Positions 10,921 through 17,869 of a DNA stretch of 64,000 nucleotides are shown here, piece by piece. The position numbers and the translations under genes are program-made. The notes beneath the pieces are model-generated. The model made no database searches. It was given only the letters and a program-made list of their open reading frames with translations, and had not been told where the DNA came from. Each line of letters starts with the position of its first letter. Position 1 is the stretch's first letter. The DNA comes from Rickettsiales bacterium (lineage in GTDB: Bacteria > Pseudomonadota > Alphaproteobacteria > Rickettsiales > UBA3002): positions 492 to 64,491 of the forward strand of contig JALEGK010000020.1 of the NCBI GenBank assembly GCA_022763105.1. The letters run 5' to 3'.

Positions 10921-10944
10921 GAAGTCTTAAGCAAACCAAATCGG

Positions 10945-10974
10945 AAAAGGCGGGGTTATTTCCCCGCCTTTTTT
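10945..10974. terminator. Rho-independent terminator between convergent genes (A-tract and T-tract on either side, so possibly bidirectional)
   Basis: aaaaGGCGGGG-ttattt-CCCCGCCtttttt: a 7-bp GC stem followed by a T6 run, 25 nt after the stop of the giant gene. Confidence 0.8.
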
Positions 10975-10978
10975 GTAT

Positions 10979-11839
10979 CTAGTGAATGGTAGGGGAAATA
11001 TTTCTATTAGCGGCGCTTTCTTGCAACTTAGCGCTATACCCACCACTTAACTGTGACGTGCGCAATTGTGCATGTTCTTGAGCCTGAGTGGTGATGCCAT
11101 CGATTAGTTTTGCGCTGGTTGGGCTGGCACCAAACTCCGGATGCCATTGCACGCCGATCATTTTAGCATTTGCGTAGGGACCATTAGGGTCAGGTTCGAT
11201 GGCTTCGACAATGCCATCATCCGAAATGGCAGAGGCGATAAAACCTCGGCGCACTTCTTTGATAGCCTGGTGGTGAAATGCATTCTCGTTGATGAGCTGT
11301 GCGTTAGGCTGGTCATGCCCCAGTGTGATCATTTGTGATGCACCATCGACCATGTGAGACAGGTGTGTGCCATCTAGAATGGCGACTGGCTGAACGGCGA
11401 CATAATTCGGCTCATTCTGCCAATGATTCTGGCCCGTGACATCCGGTATATGTTGATGCAGGCTGCCTCCATCTTTTGCATGGTTTGCGATATTGATTCG
11501 TTGCATGCCAGCGCATATGCCCATTAGTGGTACATCGTAAAATAATGCCGCTTCAATCAGCCCATTTTCGTATAATGCGCGAGAGTGATCTGGATTGATT
11601 TTGGTTTCGGGGTGATTCGTTGTTTCACCATATTCGCGCGGGTCGATGTCATCATCGCTGCCCATAATGACAAAGGCGTCGAAGCTGCGGATATCGGTGC
11701 CGATATCGCGTGTAGACGGGTCTGATAAAAAGACTGGCTCGGCCCCTGATGCCCATAGGCGATGCATCATGGCCTGCACCGATTTTGAGTCGATTGCTGA
11801 GCCACTTACGCCGATTTTTACCTTTGGTTGCTTTGCCAT
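10979..11839 (-). CDS. Class I glutamine amidotransferase / peptidase C26 (gamma-glutamyl-GABA hydrolase PuuD-like)
   Basis: 286 aa. GICAGMQ nucleophile Cys, FHHQAI, and GVQWHPEF. Confidence 0.8.
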   Translation of the reverse strand: MAKQPKVKIGVSGSAIDSKSVQAMMHRLWASGAEPVFLSDPSTRDIGTDIRSFDAFVIMGSDDDIDPREYGETTNHPETKINPDHSRALYENGLIEAALFYDVPLMGICAGMQRINIANHAKDGGSLHQHIPDVTGQNHWQNEPNYVAVQPVAILDGTHLSHMVDGASQMITLGHDQPNAQLINENAFHHQAIKEVRRGFIASAISDDGIVEAIEPDPNGPYANAKMIGVQWHPEFGASPTSAKLIDGITTQAQEHAQLRTSQLSGGYSAKLQESAANRNISPTIH

Positions 11840-12328
11840 AGTCTCTCCAGCCTATATTGTAGCGGCTGAGTTCTAAAATCGTGTGACAATTCGATTAAAG
11901 TTTAAGAGGTTAGATGGGGATTGGTGGCGCAGCCTAGTTGACCGATACCGAACCTGTCTAGAGGAAAGAACGCTGGTAGTTCATTATCCTAAGATGGCTA
12001 TTTAGGCTGAACTTTAAGCCCTCACCCAGATGTGTGGTGTGGAGGGAGGGTATGCCTCCAACACCAAATCAGCGTGTGTATCAAACATTCTGTGGTACAT
12101 ATATATTACTGCTTATATACGTTGCGGCTTGGGGGGGGCACACCACCCCTCATTTCCAGCCACGCATTCCCGTGATGGCGGAAATAATTTCATAATTCAA
12201 ATGCTTAATTTGATGCTCTTGAGGGTGAGTAAGGTGTTTTAGGGCATTCATTTTCACAATAGCTTCATACATTTACTGGAGCATTAATTGTAGAATTGAG
12301 AAGGTGCAATAATCACGGAGGCGTACCA

Positions 12329-12985
12329 GTGACTGAGACTTACAAGGCTATTAATAGTAATGCTGAATTACAAACTGCGATCACCGATCTCTTTGGTGAA
12401 GATGCGGGGTGGGTTAAAGAATATTTTGACAGTGGAAGCATAGGCATGCTGGGCGGTACTTTTGCTGGTGATGATCGTAAAGCATTTGCCGATGGTATGA
12501 CAACAATCATACGCGGTTTATTAAAACCTGGTGTCGGAGGGGATCAAACCTTACGTATTAAGCAGGGTCGTGATCCGATTGATAGTTTTATCTTTGCATC
12601 TTTTCTTAGTGATGGTCGTGTGGATGTTGAGGAATTCAGGAAATTAACCACCCGCTATGATCTAGGGCCGATGAAATTAAAAGAGCGCATGGGTGATGAA
12701 CTCTATGCGAAATTTGAGGCGCTTAGCATTGGAGTTTTAAATGGTATTGCTGATAAAGACCCTAATTCCAGAACCAACACTTATTCTAGACCGGAATTTA
12801 GTCAAATTTTTTCCAGAGGTTATATCAGTCATGCATATAAGCCATTATTTGGGGATGCAGTTCAGTTTGAAGCGGCGATTGGGGATATGAACGCTATTTG
12901 TAGTTCAACGCCACAAGCAGATATGAAAGACGCACTCCCTATTACGGACGCTTTGAAGAAAGCAGGAGAAGGTATTGCACGGTAA
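12329..12985 (+). CDS. Hypothetical protein (orphan, no family recognised)
   Basis: Track ORF 12296..12985. I prefer the GTG at 12329, 7 nt after GGAGG (12317-12321). 218 aa with no TM or signal peptide. Lies in the lower-GC block. Confidence 0.55.
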   Translation: MTETYKAINSNAELQTAITDLFGEDAGWVKEYFDSGSIGMLGGTFAGDDRKAFADGMTTIIRGLLKPGVGGDQTLRIKQGRDPIDSFIFASFLSDGRVDVEEFRKLTTRYDLGPMKLKERMGDELYAKFEALSIGVLNGIADKDPNSRTNTYSRPEFSQIFSRGYISHAYKPLFGDAVQFEAAIGDMNAICSSTPQADMKDALPITDALKKAGEGIAR

Positions 12986-13013
12986 TCACCGACAATCTAC
13001 ATCACCGGAACGG

Positions 13014-14711
13014 ATGGTAGATGATATGGGCAAAGGCTTTGGGGCTTTTGTTGATAGCGTGTTGCGTGGTCGTGATAGTAAAATGCTACTAAATAGTAGT
13101 ATCGGTGCGGGAGCATTAGAAATTGGTTGGCCGAAGCCTATTACGGTTGAAGGATTTGATGGAGAAGCCATCACTTCGACTCTGCCATTTGATATTACCA
13201 AGATGATCACGAATAATAAGCAAGTGGTTGATAGTAATAGCCAGAATTGGAGTGATGGTCTATTTAACGATCAGCATCCGTTGTTTGACTTTGACGCTAA
13301 TAATTTCACACTGTTTGGTCTTGATTTGCCTGATATGTGGAATCAGATTCAGGCTGGGTTAGGCTATCTTAGTACCGAGCAGATTGATGCTTTAAAGAAA
13401 TCTGGTGAACTAGGTGGTCACGGCAGTCCCATCTATACCAACCAAGAAGGTGGTGTATCGAATATCGCGACGGAACTTGGCCTACCCGATCTGCCATATG
13501 GTGGTATTGCGCATTTTGCGATGATGGGAGCGGCTTTGTACGACACAGGGCGGACATTCCACGATCTATGGAAAGAGCCAGCACTCAAGCATAATGTGCT
13601 GAAGATTATGACGCACCCTGAAATGACGGAAACATTGCTACATCGTGGCGTGATGTTAACCGTTATGGGCTTGCTCCACCCGCTGGGACCGTTGGTGTCG
13701 ATTGGGGTTTCATTCCTTTGTGCACATTTGGTGCATAGTGCCTTTAAAATGCTTGAGGGGAATAAAAATATCGTGAAGCGAGTCGCTGATGTTCCTGTGC
13801 TAGGAGCAATCTATAACGCGAGTGGTTTCAAAGAATGGGCGGAGAACGAAACGTATGATCAGGAAGATTTAGGGTCAATTGCAGATATTGGAGAAGATGA
13901 GATCAGCAACCTCGAGCCGACTGTTGTGACTTTGCCTAATGAACCAGTCACAGCTGGTAATCCACATGAATTACGTTTTCGTCTTGTCGATAAAGATAGT
14001 GGTCAATTATTGAGTGACCAAGATTTGTTGCGTACTCATGAAGAACTTATTCATACGATGGTCGTTAATAGCAGTCTAACGGATTATCACCACTTGCATC
14101 CAATATATGACCCTAAGAGCCAGAGTTTTGTTTGTCATTTTACCCCTAATAGTAACGAGCCTTATCATGCGTGGCATGACTTTGCACCACTTAAGGGTGC
14201 ACGAACATTTCATGTTAAAACTGAACTAGAATCGTCTCAGAGAAAAGCCGTTCAGATGCAATTTAACCCTAGCAATAAGGCGTTATCAGGCAGCTATCAG
14301 ATGGAGGCAGAGTTTTCACCACCACTTAGAACCGGTGTTGATACTACTCTCACTATTCGGGTGCGAGATGAGGAAGGAAATATTGTTACGAATCTTGAAC
14401 CTATGATGGGTGCGTTTGCCCATTTAGTTGGGTTCAGTGATGATGGATTGCATTATATTCACGCCCACCCTATGGGAGATGAGCCGGTAAGTGCAGATGA
14501 ACGTGGTACGGGTGTTCTACAGTTTCATATTAAGTCACAGAGCGATAAGCCAATTCGCTTCTTCCTTCAAAGTAGGATGGAAGGAAAAGAGCATATTTTT
14601 ACGTTCGATCAGAAATCCCAAGGGAAAGCACAAGGTCAACCTAACCATTCTATTTATTCAGTAAAACACATGCACCATGAGTTAGTATCTTCAGAATACA
14701 GACTCATATAA
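13014..14711 (+). CDS. Hypothetical membrane protein with duplicated C-terminal His-rich (H-x-H-P) beta-sandwich-like modules
   Basis: Track ORF 12975..14711 (TTG). ATG 13014 or 13026 is the more likely start. Hydrophobic segments: GIAHFAMMGAALY and VMLTVMGLLHPLGPLVSIGVSFLCAHLV. Internal duplication: ELRFRLVDKDSGQLL..DYHHLHP versus TLTIRVRDEEGNIV..LHYIHAHP. Confidence 0.6.
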   Translation: MVDDMGKGFGAFVDSVLRGRDSKMLLNSSIGAGALEIGWPKPITVEGFDGEAITSTLPFDITKMITNNKQVVDSNSQNWSDGLFNDQHPLFDFDANNFTLFGLDLPDMWNQIQAGLGYLSTEQIDALKKSGELGGHGSPIYTNQEGGVSNIATELGLPDLPYGGIAHFAMMGAALYDTGRTFHDLWKEPALKHNVLKIMTHPEMTETLLHRGVMLTVMGLLHPLGPLVSIGVSFLCAHLVHSAFKMLEGNKNIVKRVADVPVLGAIYNASGFKEWAENETYDQEDLGSIADIGEDEISNLEPTVVTLPNEPVTAGNPHELRFRLVDKDSGQLLSDQDLLRTHEELIHTMVVNSSLTDYHHLHPIYDPKSQSFVCHFTPNSNEPYHAWHDFAPLKGARTFHVKTELESSQRKAVQMQFNPSNKALSGSYQMEAEFSPPLRTGVDTTLTIRVRDEEGNIVTNLEPMMGAFAHLVGFSDDGLHYIHAHPMGDEPVSADERGTGVLQFHIKSQSDKPIRFFLQSRMEGKEHIFTFDQKSQGKAQGQPNHSIYSVKHMHHELVSSEYRLI

Positions 14712-14804
14712 TAATGCAAATAAACTGGTAAGCTTGTACCGCGGTACGCCCCTACCTTGCGAAAACCGTTTGATGGGTTCGCAGAATGCTCGAAAATCGA
14801 AGAT

Positions 14805-14818
14805 TGGCGCGCCCGGCA
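14805..14818. repeat. 14-bp remnant of the tRNA-Arg 3'-end att core (TGGCGCGCCCGGCA)
   Basis: Identical to the first 14 nt of the 47-bp repeat at 14919 and 23849. It lies 100 bp to the left of the complete distal repeat. Confidence 0.6.
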
Positions 14819-14918
14819 AACGCTAAGTTCACTTTGTTCACTAAGCTTTTTGTCGAAGAGATTCTCATCATGAGAGTGCTTCAGTATTTCATCAGTCTTT
14901 GAGCAGACTTAGAAATAC

Positions 14919-14965
14919 TGGCGCGCCCGGCAGGACTCGAACCTGCAACCTTCAGATTAGAAGTC
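14919..14965. repeat. Distal att direct repeat (displaced 3' part of tRNA-Arg)
   Basis: 47/47 identity with 23849-23895 (tggcgcgcccggcaggactcgaacctgcaaccttcagattagaagtc). Confidence 0.95.
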
Positions 14966-15076
14966 TAACGCTCGTAATGTATATCAAAGTATCTCTGTGT
15001 ATGCAATAGCATATATTTCATTGAGTTATTGGCCTTTATCGGATATGAGGGTATTTAGAAATATCTAAAAATATCG

Positions 15077-15107
15077 CCCAAGAAGGGCACGAAAAGGGCA
15101 CGATAAA
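15077..15107 (+). promoter_or_regulatory. Paired GGGCACG motifs (11-bp phasing) just upstream of int; candidate integrase arm-type / autoregulatory sites
   Basis: cccaagaaGGGCACGaaaaGGGCACGataaa. A near-identical roughly 30-bp copy sits at 23777-23806 in the same orientation. This copy ends 7 nt before the int ATG. Confidence 0.5.
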
Positions 15108-15113
15108 GTAGCG

Positions 15114-16295
15114 ATGGAAGCTAAGAATCGATTTAATTTTACTAAGAAAGCTATCCAAAAATTACCGGTTGCTGATAAGGGAAAACGCCCTGCTTACTTT
15201 GACACGCAAATGAAAAACCTATGCGTGACGGTAACAGATAAGGGCAGCAAAATCTTTTGGGTTCGTAAAGTGATAGAAGGTCGTTCACGAAGAGTGAGAT
15301 TAGGAGCGTTCCCTGACTTATCAATAGAAAACGCCAGAGAGATGGCGTTAGAAGTAAAAAATCAAATTGCGAAGGGAGGAAATCCCTTTGAGCATCGCCA
15401 ACGCTTCAAACTAGAGCCCACTTTTTCTCAAATGTTTGCACAATACTTGGAGAAGCATGCGAAGCCGTATAAGAAGCCTTCGTCACTACGTGCTGATGAA
15501 TATAATTTTCATAAGTATATTGATAAAGATATAGGTCACATCAAGCTGTCGGCTGTCACAGGTGATGACATTCAGCGTTTACACAGTAAGACAGCAAAGA
15601 ACCATGGAAAGTACGTTGCAAACCGGATTTTGGCTTTAGTTCGTATCGTGTTCTCAAAAGCGATTGAGTGGAATATTACCGATAAAAAGAATCCAGCATC
15701 ACACATTAAGCCATTCAAAGAACACTCTCGTGATCGATTCCTTCAAAAAGATGAACTTCCACGCTTTATAGAAGCATTGGAAGCCGAGCCTAACCGAGAT
15801 ATTAGAGATTATGTATGGGTAAGCCTTTTAACAGGCGCAAGGCGTGGGAATGTTCAGGCAATGCGTTGGAAAGATATTAGTTTAGACCGCATGGAATGGC
15901 GTATTGAAGATACGAAAAACAATGAGCCGCAGGTGATACCACTTGTGCCCTTCTTGTGCGATTTACTCAGTCACCGCAAAAAACAAAATAAGAATGGTTC
16001 ACCTTTCGTATTTGCAAGTCGTGGAAAGACAGGTCATTTAACCGAGCCAAAGTCTGGTTGGAAGCGTATATTGAAGCGTGCAAATATTGATAATTTTCGT
16101 ATTCATGACTTGCGCCGGACGTCTGGTAGTTATCAGGCTGCACTAGGTACAAGTTTACCGATTATAGGAAAATCTTTAGGGCATAAAAGTTTGGCAGCAA
16201 CGCAGATATATTCTCGGCTCGATATTGACCCTGTTCGTGATTCTTTAACTCAAACTGCTGATGTTATATTGGCCTTAGGTAAGAAAAATGCCTAG
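15114..16295 (+). CDS. int: Tyrosine recombinase, P4/CP4-57-type integrase with N-terminal arm-binding (DUF4102-like) domain
   Basis: 393 aa. The N-terminus (FTKKAIQKLP..YFDTQMKNLCVTVTDKGSKIFWVR..LGAFPDLSIENAREMA) matches the arm-binding domain pattern. Catalytic motifs: TGARRGN, HDLRRT, LGHKSLAATQIYSR. Confidence 0.9.
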   Translation: MEAKNRFNFTKKAIQKLPVADKGKRPAYFDTQMKNLCVTVTDKGSKIFWVRKVIEGRSRRVRLGAFPDLSIENAREMALEVKNQIAKGGNPFEHRQRFKLEPTFSQMFAQYLEKHAKPYKKPSSLRADEYNFHKYIDKDIGHIKLSAVTGDDIQRLHSKTAKNHGKYVANRILALVRIVFSKAIEWNITDKKNPASHIKPFKEHSRDRFLQKDELPRFIEALEAEPNRDIRDYVWVSLLTGARRGNVQAMRWKDISLDRMEWRIEDTKNNEPQVIPLVPFLCDLLSHRKKQNKNGSPFVFASRGKTGHLTEPKSGWKRILKRANIDNFRIHDLRRTSGSYQAALGTSLPIIGKSLGHKSLAATQIYSRLDIDPVRDSLTQTADVILALGKKNA

Positions 16296-17100
16296 CTCAT
16301 CACTTAAATATAACTTTTCTGGTGTTCATGCAGTCTTTCCTGAATTTACATTTGATGAAGCCGCTTCAGTAGAAGAGGATCTTGTTGGAGTGTTAGGCGG
16401 AGGGCTGCCAGAAACCACTCACTGCTTTATCAGAAATTTTGTAAACAAATACCGAGAGCGGACCTTTGTTTATTACGAACGTCCTGCGCGAGATAGTGTA
16501 GACAGAATGTTACAAGAGGCAGAAAGCGCTCTTGATAATATTTATCAGGTTTTCGGTGAATCAAATCGGTTCATAGTAGATCAAGAGATGCTAGATAAAA
16601 ACGGTCAACCAAGCAGGGCACTGGATTATATTAGCTCTAAGTTAATTGCAGCGGCATTTAGTTCTGAAGATGGCCCTGCTATCCCACTAGCCTCTTACAA
16701 TGCTGCACTTCATCAGCTCGTATATTCTGCTGATGCAATTAAGCAAGCCGTTGCAAGTGCTCGTCAAAGCCTAAGCAAGCAAGAGTACGAAGAAGCACTG
16801 GTTGGCCCTGTAAATAAAGCAGATGTAAGAGAGATTGCGATTGCAGAGTTTTGCGGGGTTTGGAAGTATGCTTTTAATAGGTCAATTAGCGCTCATGTGG
16901 ACGGCGATTTCAAGAAGTGTGTAGAGGTTCTGTTAAAGGCAGTCGAATGGAGCGACAACAGAGCAACTTACAGCATTGCATTACCTAACGAAGAAAGTGG
17001 GATTAGAAAAACACTGGTAGCGGCTCGTGACTACTTTGATCGATTTGGGCCGAGCAAAGACTATACATTAGCCTGTTGGGATTTTGAGGAGATTTCATAA
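16288..17100 (+). CDS. Hypothetical protein (island-borne)
   Basis: 270 aa. The ATG overlaps the int stop by 8 nt. No recognisable motifs, TM or signal peptide. Confidence 0.55.
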   Translation: MPSSSLKYNFSGVHAVFPEFTFDEAASVEEDLVGVLGGGLPETTHCFIRNFVNKYRERTFVYYERPARDSVDRMLQEAESALDNIYQVFGESNRFIVDQEMLDKNGQPSRALDYISSKLIAAAFSSEDGPAIPLASYNAALHQLVYSADAIKQAVASARQSLSKQEYEEALVGPVNKADVREIAIAEFCGVWKYAFNRSISAHVDGDFKKCVEVLLKAVEWSDNRATYSIALPNEESGIRKTLVAARDYFDRFGPSKDYTLACWDFEEIS

Positions 17101-17201
17101 CAGGAAAAAATCCATCCGAAAAAATGAATTATTCTTCCTCTAAAAGATTTTGCCGTATCTGACAGTATCTGCTTGTAACTAAAAAGCAGAAAGGCCGATA
17201 A

Positions 17202-17399
17202 ATGTCAGACCTACTTACCCCCGAAGAAACTGCCGAATTGTTAGGCATTAGCGTGAATACCTTGCGTATGTGGCGTTGTGCCAAACGCTATGATTTACCA
17301 TACGTTAAGGTTGGGCGATTAGTGCGCTACAGAGAGAAAGAGATACAGGATTTTATTCTAAGAAATCAGAAGCAGGGCCAGAGTTTAGAGGCTTTGTAA
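17202..17399 (+). CDS. AlpA/excisionase-family helix-turn-helix protein
   Basis: 65 aa. LLTPEETAELLGISVNTLRMWR...LPYVKVGRLVRYREKEIQDFI is the typical MerR-like Xis/AlpA HTH. Confidence 0.8.
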   Translation: MSDLLTPEETAELLGISVNTLRMWRCAKRYDLPYVKVGRLVRYREKEIQDFILRNQKQGQSLEAL

Positions 17400-17407
17400 T
17401 ATAAAAA

Positions 17408-17426
17408 CGCCACTACGAGAGTGGCG
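17408..17426 (+). terminator. Hairpin after the alpA-like gene (weak terminator candidate, no T-run)
   Basis: CGCCACT-acgag-AGTGGCG, 9 nt after the stop. Confidence 0.3.
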
Positions 17427-17485
17427 CTTCCAACCTTCCACAAATCACTAACAGTAAACTGCCAGTATTATCTTTAAGCTAGTCT

Positions 17486-17869
17486 ATGACGTTTCATAAG
17501 ACAAGCACCGAAGATGGCTCTGGCACACAGGAGAGCTATATCGTGAAAAAGGAAAAACTAGACTTCGAGTATATTGAAAGAACGGCCTATGCCAGCCGAC
17601 TACAAATAGTAGAACGTTGGTTGCCAGGTGGTAAATTCCATGCGCATGCTTCAGATGAGTATGTAGCCCTTAACCCCAAGCGGTCAGATAATCGCCTTGG
17701 CTCATTCAAGGTTAATATGAGCTCATTGCTCTGGGCAGACTTTGCGACTTCGGATAGTGGCAAAGGGCTCATTAGTCTTGCGGCTTATTTATTCGATTTG
17801 TCATCATATCAGGCTGCATTGCAGTTGGCACAGATGATCGGCGTGGAGGAGCTAGCATATGTCAAATAG
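17486..17869 (+). CDS. Small protein resembling the N-terminal module often fused to plasmid/phage primases
   Basis: 127 aa. LNPKRSDNRLGSFKVNMSSLLWADFATSDSGKGLISLAAYLF matches the NPxRxDxxxGSFxxN...WxDFA...GDxISL pattern. Overlaps the next gene by 11 nt. Confidence 0.6.
   Translation: MTFHKTSTEDGSGTQESYIVKKEKLDFEYIERTAYASRLQIVERWLPGGKFHAHASDEYVALNPKRSDNRLGSFKVNMSSLLWADFATSDSGKGLISLAAYLFDLSSYQAALQLAQMIGVEELAYVK

Noticed and set aside
4389-10939. Dozens of 60-176-aa ORFs on the antisense strand and in alternative frames inside the giant RTX gene (for example 5334..5594, 6858..7325, 7749..8279).
   Set aside because: They are by-products of the repetitive GGT/GAT/ACC-rich coding sequence. They give low-complexity Pro/Ser/Val or His/Arg-rich translations, have no RBS, and are fully embedded in a 6.5-kb ORF with a coherent repeat architecture.
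11922-11956. TGGTGGCGCAGCC...CGAACCTG, which superficially resembles the reverse complement of a tRNA 3' end. It could mark a third, outermost att remnant at the left edge of the lower-GC block.
   Set aside because: The spacing does not align with the 47-bp core (27 versus 19 nt before CGAACCTG). I could not fold a T-arm or acceptor stem. The similarity is too weak to call without an alignment tool.
12030-12242. A 70-aa ORF in the long intergenic leader.
   Set aside because: There is no Shine-Dalgarno sequence, the composition is odd, and it spans the G8 tract and hairpin. It is treated as non-coding leader.
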